A DNA stretch of 64,000 bases from contig JBDRGY010000002.1 of NCBI GenBank assembly GCA_043817315.1, positions 1,046 to 65,045 on the forward strand, in the 5' to 3' direction. Below are positions 11,801 through 20,196 of the stretch, in pieces (position 1 is the stretch's first letter; the number at the start of each line of letters is the position of its first letter). The DNA comes from Patescibacteria group bacterium. GTDB taxonomy: Bacteria; Patescibacteriota; Patescibacteriia; JBDRGY01. The position numbers were made by a program, and so were the translations under genes. The notes below the pieces were generated by a model. That model worked only from the letters and a program-made list of their open reading frames with translations, had not been told where the DNA came from and ran no database searches.

Positions 11801-14800
11801 AATAGTTGCCCGCCTCATCCAGGGCTCTAACATAGAAAATATTACCTCTGGTTCGATAAGCGGTAATTTCGGTTATGTGATTGTCATCAATGCAGGTATC
11901 AACAGCGCCGGGGGCCCCGGTTTTATAACAATAATACTCAACCCCGGAACCACCGCCATCAGTTGACACGTCCCAAGAAAAATCAAAGTCATTAGTTGAG
12001 GTGTAACCCGAGGGTGTGGCCGATACGTCAGATGGGTTAGAGGGATCAATAATATCTAATTTATAGGTAAAAGTATTAGTCGGATTAGTAGTGATATTAC
12101 CGTTATTATCGACAGTTTTTATTATCAAATAATAAGTATCGGAGGTGAGGGCAGAGGCCGCCTGGGTAGCTGCATTCCAGGAACCGTCATTGCCGGAGGC
12201 TGAATATAAATTAGTGCCGGAAACATAAGCCAGGTTAGTGGGATCGCTGGCATCATCAACCGGATCTTTGCCGCTGTCATTCCCAAAATAGACATAAAAT
12301 CCTGACAATCCAATTCCGCCGGCATTATCTGCGCCGGTCCATTCAAAGTAAGGTGTAGCGTCATTAACCCAAGTATCAGTCGCAATCTCTGTTCCCCCAT
12401 CTTCGGTATAGCCGGTTGCTGAAGTCGGGTTGGTTGGGGCCGTTCCGTCAGTATAATAACTCCAAGTTAGATCATCGACCGTCGGTGAATAAAGTTGGTC
12501 AGTCACAAAATAAATTCTAACTTGTCCATACTGAGCCACGGTAGAATCAATGCTGTAATAATTAGTGCTACTAATTTCCCGATTATTGGAAACCGCTGTC
12601 CAGTCCCCCCAATTGACGTCATCTTCATCATCAGCGCAGCCGGCATTAGAACAAGTTCTAGTTTCTATACTAATAGAAGTATTAGCCGGTTCGGTTACAT
12701 TGACCGTTAGTCCTCCGTAGCCATAAACCCCAGCCTCAAAATCCAGAATTTCTGAAGTCCAATAACCGTTACCCTCAAAACCGGTGCTGGAAGTGGCCAC
12801 CACGTAACGTTCCATTGAAGTGGTATATTCTCCGCGGAAACCCAAGACCACATTATTGCCGGTCATTACCAGGTCACCGTATTCGAAGAAAGAAGTTGTG
12901 TCTCGTGTACTCCAACTATCTTCCGAGATGTCATAAACGTACATTTCATTGCCATTGGGCTCATCACCGCGCGGGATTAAAATATTTCCCTGACCGTCCG
13001 GCACGCAGGCATCGCCGTAGCGCATATTACCCGGAGCCAATGACAGAGTACCGGCCACGTCCCAAGTTTGTGAACCGATATTAAATCGATAGATATCGTC
13101 TTGATTGTTACCACGCACCATATAAATATAACCATCTCCGCCGTTAGCAGCACAACCACCAGTATAAACAGTTCCGGGGATAGCCGAGGCAACTGTCTCC
13201 CAGATATCTGTATCAATTGTGTACTTATAAAATTCTGTGGTGTTGGCGCCTCGGGCCGTATAGATAGTATTGGTTCCATCAAACACCAAATCCGATCCGT
13301 AATTAGTTTCGTTAGCCGCCGTATTGGTGTTATCCAATCTAGTCCACTTATCATCATTTATATCGTAGCGCCAAAAGGTTCCTTCATTTTCCGTTAAGCC
13401 GCTTTCTCCCGGTAATAGATAGACTCCATCATATTGGTCACTGCTATGATTTATATATTGGGCTGACGCTCCCGGTCTAACCCGCATAGGTGCATTGGCT
13501 CTGCGCTTCCAAACATCATTGGCGATATCATAAGACCACCACTCATTGGAATTACCGCCCCTGGCCACATACAGCATATCGTTATCATTATCATAAGCCA
13601 CGGCTCCGTAGTAAAAACCATAGTTGGTATATGTATGAGGCAAGGTCGGAGTTTTCCAGCGATTTTCAGAAACGTCATAGGCCAGCAGGGCATAATCAAC
13701 CTGATAGCCCCGAATGGTGTACATGGTGTCATTAGAAGGAACGTAAACCAGGTTGCCAGCCCCTCCCTGGTATTGAGTAGTCGGCAAATCATCCAACCAT
13801 TCCCAGTTTTCATTGGCAATGTCATAACGCAGAAAACCGTTAGCTGCATAACCCCGCACTAGGTAAAAATAACCATCCAAATAATAGGCGGAGGCACCAT
13901 AATGGGTCCAGATGGGCACGCTTTTTTCATAAGACCAGGTGTTGGCCGAGACCCTATAGGAATAAAAATCGGTATCGCCATAACCTCTGGTGGCATACAG
14001 ACAGCCACCTTCGTCACTGCAATAATCACCATTGGGCACATATACTAAAGTACCGCCATAATAAACCAATTGGTCAAAACCGGTCAGCTGAGTCCAATCA
14101 TCAGCCGTTTCTCCTTCTCCGACATCGGTAATAATGTTGTATTTCCAGAACTCATTGGTGGCATCTCCCCTGGTGGCATAAATAGCATTGGCGCCATCAT
14201 AGGCCAGTTGACTACCATAATAGATTTGGGACCCTTCGAAATCACTCAGGTCTGTCCAGGTGCCGGCATTAACGTTGTAGCGGCGGAAAGTGGCGGTGTT
14301 GTTACCGCCGGTGGCAAAAACACAACCTGCCGAATCGGCACAATAGGTACCGGTTGGCACATAGACCATACTGGCGCCACCGTAAACCCCCGATCCGTAA
14401 TTGGCCAGTTGAGAATAAGTTTTATCGGCTACCGAGTAAGCGTAAAATTCCTGGCGGTTGTAACCGCGGAACATAAAAATGGTGTCATCGCCGTCATAGG
14501 ACAATCCCGATCCGTAGTAACCGCCGACATTATTGGCCACCCAGGGAATGGGTGCTTCGTTGGTCCAGATGCCGTTGCTGACTGAATCCAAAGTCAGGCT
14601 GGTCCCGGATTCAGCCGCCGTATTGATATTGGTCTCCAAAGTTCCGGTCGCTTGGAAATCGGCCTGGACCGTCCAGGTATTGGTACCGGCCGGAGAAATA
14701 CCGTTATAGGTATAAGTAAAGATAGTCTCTACATCATCCGTATTGCCGGCATCATCCTTGGCCGCCACCCGCAAATAATAAGTACTGCTGTTGGTCAGAT

Positions 14801-17800
14801 CGGTATTGACTTCGTAAGTGGTTCCGGTTTGAAAATAATCTTCGGAACTGGTCGGATCGTGAGAGGCGTTGGTAGTCCAGGACAAGTAATACCCGGCCAA
14901 GCCTGATTCGGCGTCCACAGCCCCGGTTAGTTCGAAGTAAGGATTAATATAATAGTAGGAATTGCCGGTGGTTAAAGCAGTTCCCTTGGTTGAATCAGCG
15001 TAACCGACCACAGTCGGGTTAGTCGGATTGACTGAATCCTTTTCGTAGTTAATCGTAAATTCAGAAACAGTTGGAGTATTATCGTCATCCGAATTTAAAA
15101 CCACTTTGACCTGAATATAACGATTAGCCGAAGAACCAATGGTGGTGCCGGAAACTTGAGTCCAGTCCTCCCAGGAAACTTGGTCATCAGAAGTCCTGGT
15201 GTAGTAGTCAATTGTACTACCCCCCGGCTCTAAATCAGTGGCCGTAAAACTGTTAAACGAGGTAGCGTAAGTCAGATCGTAAGTCGGAGAAATCCAACTG
15301 GCTGTGGGAATGTAATCATCAGAATCGGTAGTAAATTTATAAATGGAATTGGTATCAAACCCTCGGCGAATGTACATGGTATCAGTGGCATCATCATGAG
15401 CCATGCCAATGCCACGGACAAAATTATCAGGAGTATCACTGGCCCGGCTCCAACTATCTCCCGAGATGCTGTAGCGCCACATAGAGGTGCCGAAATTGCC
15501 GGTAATGGCGTAGATACTGTCATCTCCGTCATAGGCCAACACTGCGTTGTAATAGGAACCTTCCGGTAAGTCGGCCAATTCGGTGAAGTCATCGCCAACC
15601 GGATCGTATTCGTAAAATTGAGCCCGATAATAACCGGCTAGCATATACACTTTGTTGCCATCGTTGGTTATTCCTGCACCATAATAAGCGGTCACCGGTA
15701 GATCTTCTGTAGTCCAACTGCCATCATAATGATAAATATCGTCAGTATTGTTGCCTGCCTGAATATAGACGTCACCATCACCAAAACAGGTGATTCCCCC
15801 TCCTTCTTCCACCGCTCCCGGCATACTGCCAATACTGGACCAGCCTCCGGCATCATTGCTGATGTCATAACTGTAAAAATTAGTTGTGTTAATACCCCTG
15901 GTCAAATACAGTTCTCCATTGCCGTCATAACACAGCGAGCCGCCCCGGCTGATATTGGCTAAGCCGGTCGAGGTCATGGTGTTCCAGGCTCCATCGGCAA
16001 TATCATAACGATAGAAAATGGTGGTATTTCTACCCTGGGCCATAAACAAACACCCGGTGGCATCAGAACAACCGTCTTCACTGTTGGGCACAAAGGTGAT
16101 CAGATCGCTGTCGTAATCATTGCTGGCAATAGCCGGGGTGGCAATAGAGTCCCAAGCCCCGGCAGTAATGTCATAACGCAAGAATTCCGGCCGGTTGATT
16201 CCGGGCAGAGCATATATATAGCCGTCAAAGTAGAGGAGAGTACCGCCTTCATCAACCGTTAACCCCCCCGGCATATCCGGCGGATTATCAAGATCTTCCT
16301 GCCATTCCTGGTCAGCAATATCGTACATCATAAACTCGTCATTGTTGTAACCGGTCATGGCGTAGATATTTCCGTTGACAGCGTCAACCGCCATGGAACT
16401 GCCGTAGCTAATCCGGCCGCTGTTGCCCAGGGTGGTCGGTACATTGGCAAAATTGTAAGACCATTGAGCCAGGCTGATATCATAACGGAAAAACTCGCGA
16501 TTGTTGCTGCCCCGAAAAGCGTAGATACAACCGGTCTCACAATAAACCGGACTAGTGCCATAAGAAACCGCTGAATAGACCAAGGGGTGGCCGTTGCCGG
16601 TATAAATCTGATAAGGATAGGGAATTGAAGAAATGGTGTCGTTCCAAGTATCAGTGGCAATGTTGTATGACCAAAACCCGTCCCGGCTGTTACCTTGCGT
16701 GGCGTACAGTTTACCGTTATTGCCACTGACCAGATCCGAACCCAAACCCCAGATGTCCGGCGCATCGCTTAATTGGGTCCAAATATTATTGGCAATATCA
16801 TAGCGAAACAGAAAGGGCACGCCGTTGGTGTCGTCCGAACCGTCCTGCCCGTTGATGGCATAAATATAACCGTCATAATAAGCTAGCGAGCCTCCGTAAT
16901 AGAAACCGGTTGGCGCATCAATCAGTAATTTCCAGATATTTAACTCCGGATTATAACGAAAGAAGCCCGGTTGGTTGCCACCCACGATCATGTAGATGTA
17001 AGTACCATCAGTGGTTAAATCTGCTCCATAATTGGCGCCTTCGTAAGTATAGATGCCATAGCCACGCTGATTGGTGGGATAACCCGGAGTATCTGCACTC
17101 CAAGAACCAACTCCGCCACTGGCAATTTGCAGATCACCAGAGGTTGTGGTCATGTCTAGTTGGTTAGGATAATATTGCCCGGCTTGCCACTCGGTTTGGG
17201 AAGAGACTGTGTAGGTAGCTGCCGTAGCGTGTACCAACAGTTGCTGAATTGATCCGGCCACTAGGGTGCCAATAATCAAAATTACAAAAATCGAAATAGG
17301 AGAAAAGTGCCACCACTTCTTTTTTCTAAGAACAATTAAAGGTTTTATTTTACTTTTTTCTTTTTTACGACGTTGCTGGGCCGATTTGCTAATTGCCTTT
17401 TGCCAACTGGCATGTTTTTGGGAAATTCTACCCGGGATAGCTATTATTGTTTTTATAAATCCAGTAGTTAATCCAATAACCCGCCGCCATCTGGCCTGAT
17501 TTACCTTTTTGGTAGTTTGAATGTCTTTTTTAAGATATCTCTTGGCTTTCAACTGACGGGCTCTAACGACACTTTTAACTTGCTCTCGTTTTTTAACCGG
17601 TTTAACAAAAATACTGGCTGTCTTCTCAAAGCCAGAACGCATAAGCTGGGGAATTTCTAATTTATCTTTTAGATTGAAAGAGTATTTAAAACCCTTGGGA
17701 CGACTAAAAACTTTACCGGAGTAACTGTTTCCTCCAGTTTTTTTGGACGTTTTCCCCAGAAATCTACGTGTCCCCATAGATTTCAACTTGTTTTTTTGGT

Positions 17801-17813
17801 TTGTATTTTTCAC
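8895..17813 (-). CDS. Giant surface protein, paralog 1 (2972 aa). It has a ~165-aa Lys/Arg-rich cytoplasmic N-terminus, a single TM, about 24 Kelch-like propeller blades in two blocks, FN3-like modules, and the same C-terminal region as paralog 2.
   Basis: Single 8.9-kb ORF with TM WHFSPISIFVILIIGTLVAGSIQQLL. I counted ~24 recurrences of the blade motif (F/W/M)(F/Y/W)(R/S/K)Y(D/N)I....W (FFRYNPELNIWKLL, LFRYDIANNIWTQL, FWRYDINDDKWTRL and others). The C-terminal ~700 aa align with paralog 2. The stop lies 3 nt before the paralog 2 start, so the two look like an operon. Confidence 0.9.
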   Translation of the reverse strand: MKNTNQKNKLKSMGTRRFLGKTSKKTGGNSYSGKVFSRPKGFKYSFNLKDKLEIPQLMRSGFEKTASIFVKPVKKREQVKSVVRARQLKAKRYLKKDIQTTKKVNQARWRRVIGLTTGFIKTIIAIPGRISQKHASWQKAISKSAQQRRKKEKSKIKPLIVLRKKKWWHFSPISIFVILIIGTLVAGSIQQLLVHATAATYTVSSQTEWQAGQYYPNQLDMTTTSGDLQIASGGVGSWSADTPGYPTNQRGYGIYTYEGANYGADLTTDGTYIYMIVGGNQPGFFRYNPELNIWKLLIDAPTGFYYGGSLAYYDGYIYAINGQDGSDDTNGVPFLFRYDIANNIWTQLSDAPDIWGLGSDLVSGNNGKLYATQGNSRDGFWSYNIATDTWNDTISSIPYPYQIYTGNGHPLVYSAVSYGTSPVYCETGCIYAFRGSNNREFFRYDISLAQWSYNFANVPTTLGNSGRISYGSSMAVDAVNGNIYAMTGYNNDEFMMYDIADQEWQEDLDNPPDMPGGLTVDEGGTLLYFDGYIYALPGINRPEFLRYDITAGAWDSIATPAIASNDYDSDLITFVPNSEDGCSDATGCLFMAQGRNTTIFYRYDIADGAWNTMTSTGLANISRGGSLCYDGNGELYLTRGINTTNFYSYDISNDAGGWSSIGSMPGAVEEGGGITCFGDGDVYIQAGNNTDDIYHYDGSWTTEDLPVTAYYGAGITNDGNKVYMLAGYYRAQFYEYDPVGDDFTELADLPEGSYYNAVLAYDGDDSIYAITGNFGTSMWRYSISGDSWSRASDTPDNFVRGIGMAHDDATDTMYIRRGFDTNSIYKFTTDSDDYIPTASWISPTYDLTYATSFNSFTATDLEPGGSTIDYYTRTSDDQVSWEDWTQVSGTTIGSSANRYIQVKVVLNSDDDNTPTVSEFTINYEKDSVNPTNPTVVGYADSTKGTALTTGNSYYYINPYFELTGAVDAESGLAGYYLSWTTNASHDPTSSEDYFQTGTTYEVNTDLTNSSTYYLRVAAKDDAGNTDDVETIFTYTYNGISPAGTNTWTVQADFQATGTLETNINTAAESGTSLTLDSVSNGIWTNEAPIPWVANNVGGYYGSGLSYDGDDTIFMFRGYNRQEFYAYSVADKTYSQLANYGSGVYGGASMVYVPTGTYCADSAGCVFATGGNNTATFRRYNVNAGTWTDLSDFEGSQIYYGSQLAYDGANAIYATRGDATNEFWKYNIITDVGEGETADDWTQLTGFDQLVYYGGTLVYVPNGDYCSDEGGCLYATRGYGDTDFYSYRVSANTWSYEKSVPIWTHYGASAYYLDGYFYLVRGYAANGFLRYDIANENWEWLDDLPTTQYQGGAGNLVYVPSNDTMYTIRGYQVDYALLAYDVSENRWKTPTLPHTYTNYGFYYGAVAYDNDNDMLYVARGGNSNEWWSYDIANDVWKRRANAPMRVRPGASAQYINHSSDQYDGVYLLPGESGLTENEGTFWRYDINDDKWTRLDNTNTAANETNYGSDLVFDGTNTIYTARGANTTEFYKYTIDTDIWETVASAIPGTVYTGGCAANGGDGYIYMVRGNNQDDIYRFNIGSQTWDVAGTLSLAPGNMRYGDACVPDGQGNILIPRGDEPNGNEMYVYDISEDSWSTRDTTSFFEYGDLVMTGNNVVLGFRGEYTTSMERYVVATSSTGFEGNGYWTSEILDFEAGVYGYGGLTVNVTEPANTSISIETRTCSNAGCADDEDDVNWGDWTAVSNNREISSTNYYSIDSTVAQYGQVRIYFVTDQLYSPTVDDLTWSYYTDGTAPTNPTSATGYTEDGGTEIATDTWVNDATPYFEWTGADNAGGIGLSGFYVYFGNDSGKDPVDDASDPTNLAYVSGTNLYSASGNDGSWNAATQAASALTSDTYYLIIKTVDNNGNITTNPTNTFTYKLDIIDPSNPSDVSATPSGYTSTNDFDFSWDVSTDGGGSGVEYYCYKTGAPGAVDTCIDDNHITEITAYRTRGNIFYVRALDEAGNYSSYATTTYYYAGSPPTAPQNLVATPTSATNNNTFSFSWSLPATCLGQTPCDVNEILRYCFTINELPSAENCGTNTAGNTTPSPDGGWTSAYQTDNRLLPGFSAATQQGTNTLYLVAADVINNIDYDNYTSTTYDFTSTAPDPPASLQATDSSDRSTQKYSVTLTWDETANAENFKVYRCEEDCENPSTVADPPDNYTNIATTTTLGYLDTSLDNTITYSYFIRAVGSGNAASGNSAVESIKPEGKFKFAPTMSGQPTVTPYIRSVLVEWLTLPDQDRLGNVIPHPATSFVQYGTTEGLGEETGTSELVDEHEVLVTGLSPDTLYYYKLVWVDQDGNTGESAIYEVTTLGAPSAPVNLAVDPESNMVNRFTFSWAEPVDEGITVGGYYYSINAPPNEDNVYYTTHTEVGPIAAATQQGINNFYVVATDDAGNVNYANYAVVDFEAHTIPPDAPLNPEVFDVSNRADKEYRIMVSWNSVDPPSASGIVKDAVEEDLEEEITYTIYRAVEEDNDYEVIATTKSTAYIDTDLEFETLYFYKVKAADKAGSASAATDPVEEIADGRYTTPPEITAGPAIVPDSFAATVTWKTERPASSFVLFGTSATDYDREQGTSDLIDDHSVTITGLDPETTYYYQVKSIDRDENEAYSDVTSFITLEAPRVSEMEITDIRLYEATISWKTNKETTTQIQYGTTTDYGLTYTDTSGSTSFTHTIKLTGLADGTTYNLRVYAEDASGNKFNSDNYVFTTLTFPRVSDVTSENKAEGQTEIRWTTNVPTTSEVEYYNENEPSKTQGNTALVTDHSVLLFGLNDATIYNFVVRGRDQFGYEAVSVENNFRTLEDTTPPTISHVKYESNTVGSGDAARIQIIVSFRTDEPTTTAADFGEGLGSTSYSASTDINPELVQDHLMIIPDLEPARTYHFRTIAVDKAGNETKSDDYSVLTSRARESFLQIVISNLEQTFSWLGNIGNLF

Positions 17814-17995
17814 AAATACAACGTTAATTAACCAACTTCCACCTTTTTCAAAAAAGCTGGTTAATTCTTTATCATTATATCATTATTTCTGTATTTAGTC
17901 AACTAGGTAAAAATTGACCATTCCTGTTTAGACAGCCGATTTTTAGCAATCCCCCAGGTCTGCTATACTATAGGTATTAATCCTAAATATATCCT

Positions 17996-18148
17996 ATGAA
18001 TAACCAAAAAGAGAAAAAGAAAGTAAGCGTTAAAACCAGCAAAAAACTGGGCATTTCTACTAAAGTACTGCTCGGCTTAGGAGTTCTTTGTGCTTTTGCC
18101 ATCGTTACTGTCGGTATTATTAGCATGTTAGCGGAACGAGCCCGCTAG
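17996..18148 (+). CDS. Possible small membrane protein (50 aa)
   Basis: ATG-to-TAG ORF below the track cutoff: MNNQKEKKKVSVKTSKKLGISTKVLLGLGVLCAFAIVTVGIISMLAERAR. It has a basic N-terminus and one hydrophobic helix. No homology evidence. Confidence 0.3.
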   Translation: MNNQKEKKKVSVKTSKKLGISTKVLLGLGVLCAFAIVTVGIISMLAERAR

Positions 18149-18379
18149 GGTAAAAACATTGACTTTTGCCCGATTCTGTGCTAAAATAAAGGTAGGAATT
18201 AAGAAATAAAAATGAAAAACAAAAACGAAATCCAAAGCGAAAAGTTTGTTTTTGACAACTATTTGGTTGTTGAAAGGTATTCAGTAACCACACCGTGGTA
18301 TGAAAACGTTTGGCAATTAATGATTGAGACTCCCAAGCGTTTTTTTCTTAGTTTATTCTAGATCCCTTTTCCAAAAACC

Positions 18380-19420
18380 ATGCATATAGACGAATTATTT
18401 AAGATTGCCGTAAAAAAAGGAGCCTCTGACCTGCATTTAGTGGCCAATATGCCCCCTGTTTTAAGGATGGATGGAGAATTAACAGAAATCCCGGACAAGA
18501 GCCCTCTCTCTTCCGAGGAAACCAAGGCTTTGGTTTTTGATATTCTAACTGACAGGCAAAGGGAGAAATTCATCGCTGAAAGAGAACTGGATATGTCTTA
18601 TGAGATAAAAGGAGTATCTCGTTTCAGGGTCAATGTTCACTGGGAAAGAGATAATGTCGGGCTGGTAGCTCGCGTTATTTCCTCTAAAATCCCCAGCATG
18701 GAAGAGGTAATGATGCCCGAAATAGTTTACGAACTTTGCCGTTTGAAACAGGGTATGATCCTCTTAACCGGGCCTACTGGCTGCGGCAAGTCAACTTCTT
18801 TAGCAGCCATGGTCAACTTGATAAATAATGAGCGCCGTTGTCATATCGTTACTCTTGAAGATCCTATTGAATTTTTATTTACATCCAGTAAAAGTGTAGT
18901 GAAACAGCGTCAGATGGGCACTGACTTTCTCTCTTTTGCCCAAGCCTTAAAAAGAGTAGTCAGGCAGGACCCCAATGTTATTATGGTTGGCGAGATGCGA
19001 GACTTAGAGACAATTGCTGCCGCTATTACCTTGGCAGAAACCGGTCACCTGGTCTTGGCCACCCTACACACTTACAACGCTTCCCAAACTATTGACCGTA
19101 TCATTGACGTCTTCCCGCCCCATCAGCAAACCCAAGTCAGACTACAGTTATCTCTGTTTTTAAGAGGTATTATTTCCCAACAGCTCCTACCAAAATTGAG
19201 GGGCGGCAGAATCGCCTCTCGTGAAATTCTAATTAACTCCCCAGCTATTGCTAATCTAATTAGAGAAAACAAAATCGCTCAAATAAAAACGGTAATCCAG
19301 ACTTCGGTTGACAGGGGCATGTTTACCATGGACCAAGGCATCCGTGATTTGTTTGAAAAAGGCTTGATTAGAGAAGACGTGGCCACTGCTCACATGGTCA
19401 ATCCGGAAATGCTACGGTAA
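18380..19420 (+). CDS. pilT: Type IV pilus retraction ATPase PilT
   Basis: 346 aa. Walker A GPTGCGKST, VGEMRDLETI, TGHLVLATLHT, and an N-terminus MHIDELFKIAVKKGASDLHL typical of the PilT/PilU family. Confidence 0.9.
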   Translation: MHIDELFKIAVKKGASDLHLVANMPPVLRMDGELTEIPDKSPLSSEETKALVFDILTDRQREKFIAERELDMSYEIKGVSRFRVNVHWERDNVGLVARVISSKIPSMEEVMMPEIVYELCRLKQGMILLTGPTGCGKSTSLAAMVNLINNERRCHIVTLEDPIEFLFTSSKSVVKQRQMGTDFLSFAQALKRVVRQDPNVIMVGEMRDLETIAAAITLAETGHLVLATLHTYNASQTIDRIIDVFPPHQQTQVRLQLSLFLRGIISQQLLPKLRGGRIASREILINSPAIANLIRENKIAQIKTVIQTSVDRGMFTMDQGIRDLFEKGLIREDVATAHMVNPEMLR

Positions 19421-19509
19421 ATTATTATTAAAAGGTCCGGCCAATTTTGGCTGGATTTTTGTTTTGCCTTGATGCTAAAAAGATTATATGATATAGTCAT
19501 CTGACTTAA

Positions 19510-19586
19510 GCGCCCGTAGCTCAATTGGATAGAGCGCTTGGCTTCGGACCAAGAGGTTGGGGGTTCGACTCCCTCCGGGCGTACCA
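19510..19586 (+). tRNA. tRNA-Arg(TCG), CCA encoded
   Basis: Hand-folded cloverleaf: GCGCCCG/CGGGCGT acceptor (G1-U72), D arm GCTC..GAGC, anticodon stem CTTGG/CCAAG with loop CTTCGGA, T arm GGGGG TTCGACT CCCTC, then ACCA. Confidence 0.9.
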
Positions 19587-19599
19587 GCCAGAAAATTAG

Positions 19600-19675
19600 G
19601 CGCCCATAGCTCAATTGGTAGAGCGCCTGCCTCTTAAGCAGGGTGTTGCAGGTTCGAGTCCTGCTGGGCGTACCA
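19600..19675 (+). tRNA. tRNA-Lys(CTT), CCA encoded
   Basis: Acceptor GCGCCCA/TGGGCGT, anticodon stem CCTGC/GCAGG with loop CTCTTAA, T arm GCAGG TTCGAGT CCTGC, then ACCA. Confidence 0.9.
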
Positions 19676-19694
19676 CAATATTTAACGAAGAATA

Positions 19695-20156
19695 ATGAAC
19701 AGGGAAAGATCCATTGAATCATCCCATGGAGTTGAGGATGAGAAGGAGCCCTGTTTTTATCATGGAACGACCGAGCCAAATATTGACGAATTTGAACCAA
19801 GAAAGCGCTTAACGCCTGGCGGCGTAGATCATTAAGAACAGCCAGCTGCCATCTACGCCGGTGATAATCCGGCCTTTGCAGCTGGGCATTCTATTCCCTG
19901 GTCTAGTGAAGAGGGATTTAAATTGGGTTTTGAAAATGATCAAGTTGTTTTTTGTGTACCAAAAGAGCATAAGCATCGCCTTGACCACAAAGTATTCATA
20001 TATCAACTACCAAGAGAGGGGTTTTCTCTAACTCGGGGAGAGGGCACGGGGCATTCTTTTCAGACAGAGAAAAAAGTAAAACCACTTATGGTTCAAGAAT
20101 TTGGTACAGTCACCGAAGCCATTGAGTATTTTGGGGGTACCGTAATTATTGAATAA
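19695..20156 (+). pseudogene. 154-codon reading frame interrupted by one in-frame TAA (19833-19835). Possible minimal H-Y-E ADP-ribosyltransferase-like protein.
   Basis: ATG at 19695 opens MNRERSIESSHGVEDEKEPCFYHGTTEPNIDEFEPRKRLTPGGVDH, followed by TAA. The same frame continues EQPAAIYAGDNPAFAAGHS... into the track ORF 19923..20156, which ends ...TVTEAIEYFGGTVIIE. I checked that the frame is continuous: 19836 to 19923 is 87 nt. Confidence 0.5.
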
Positions 20157-20196
20157 GGTATTCTATTTTTAAAACACTTTGGCAGCAAAGAGTTTT

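Noticed and set aside
2007-17499. Dozens of 60-170-aa ORFs on both strands inside the three giant genes
   Set aside because: They are alternative-frame or antisense ORFs nested in long, clearly coding, repeat-rich ORFs. They have no independent signals.
18212-18361. 49-aa ORF (MKNKNEIQSEKFVFDNYLVVERYSVTTPWYENVWQLMIETPKRFFLSLF) upstream of pilT
   Set aside because: It has no RBS, no hydrophobic or known motif and no supporting evidence. It may be real, but the sequence alone cannot support it.
19390-19800. 136-aa minus-strand ORF in the track
   Set aside because: It runs antisense across tRNA-Arg(TCG) and tRNA-Lys(CTT). Its peptide (…RTRTCNTLLKRQALYQLSYGR…) is the typical translation of tRNA DNA.
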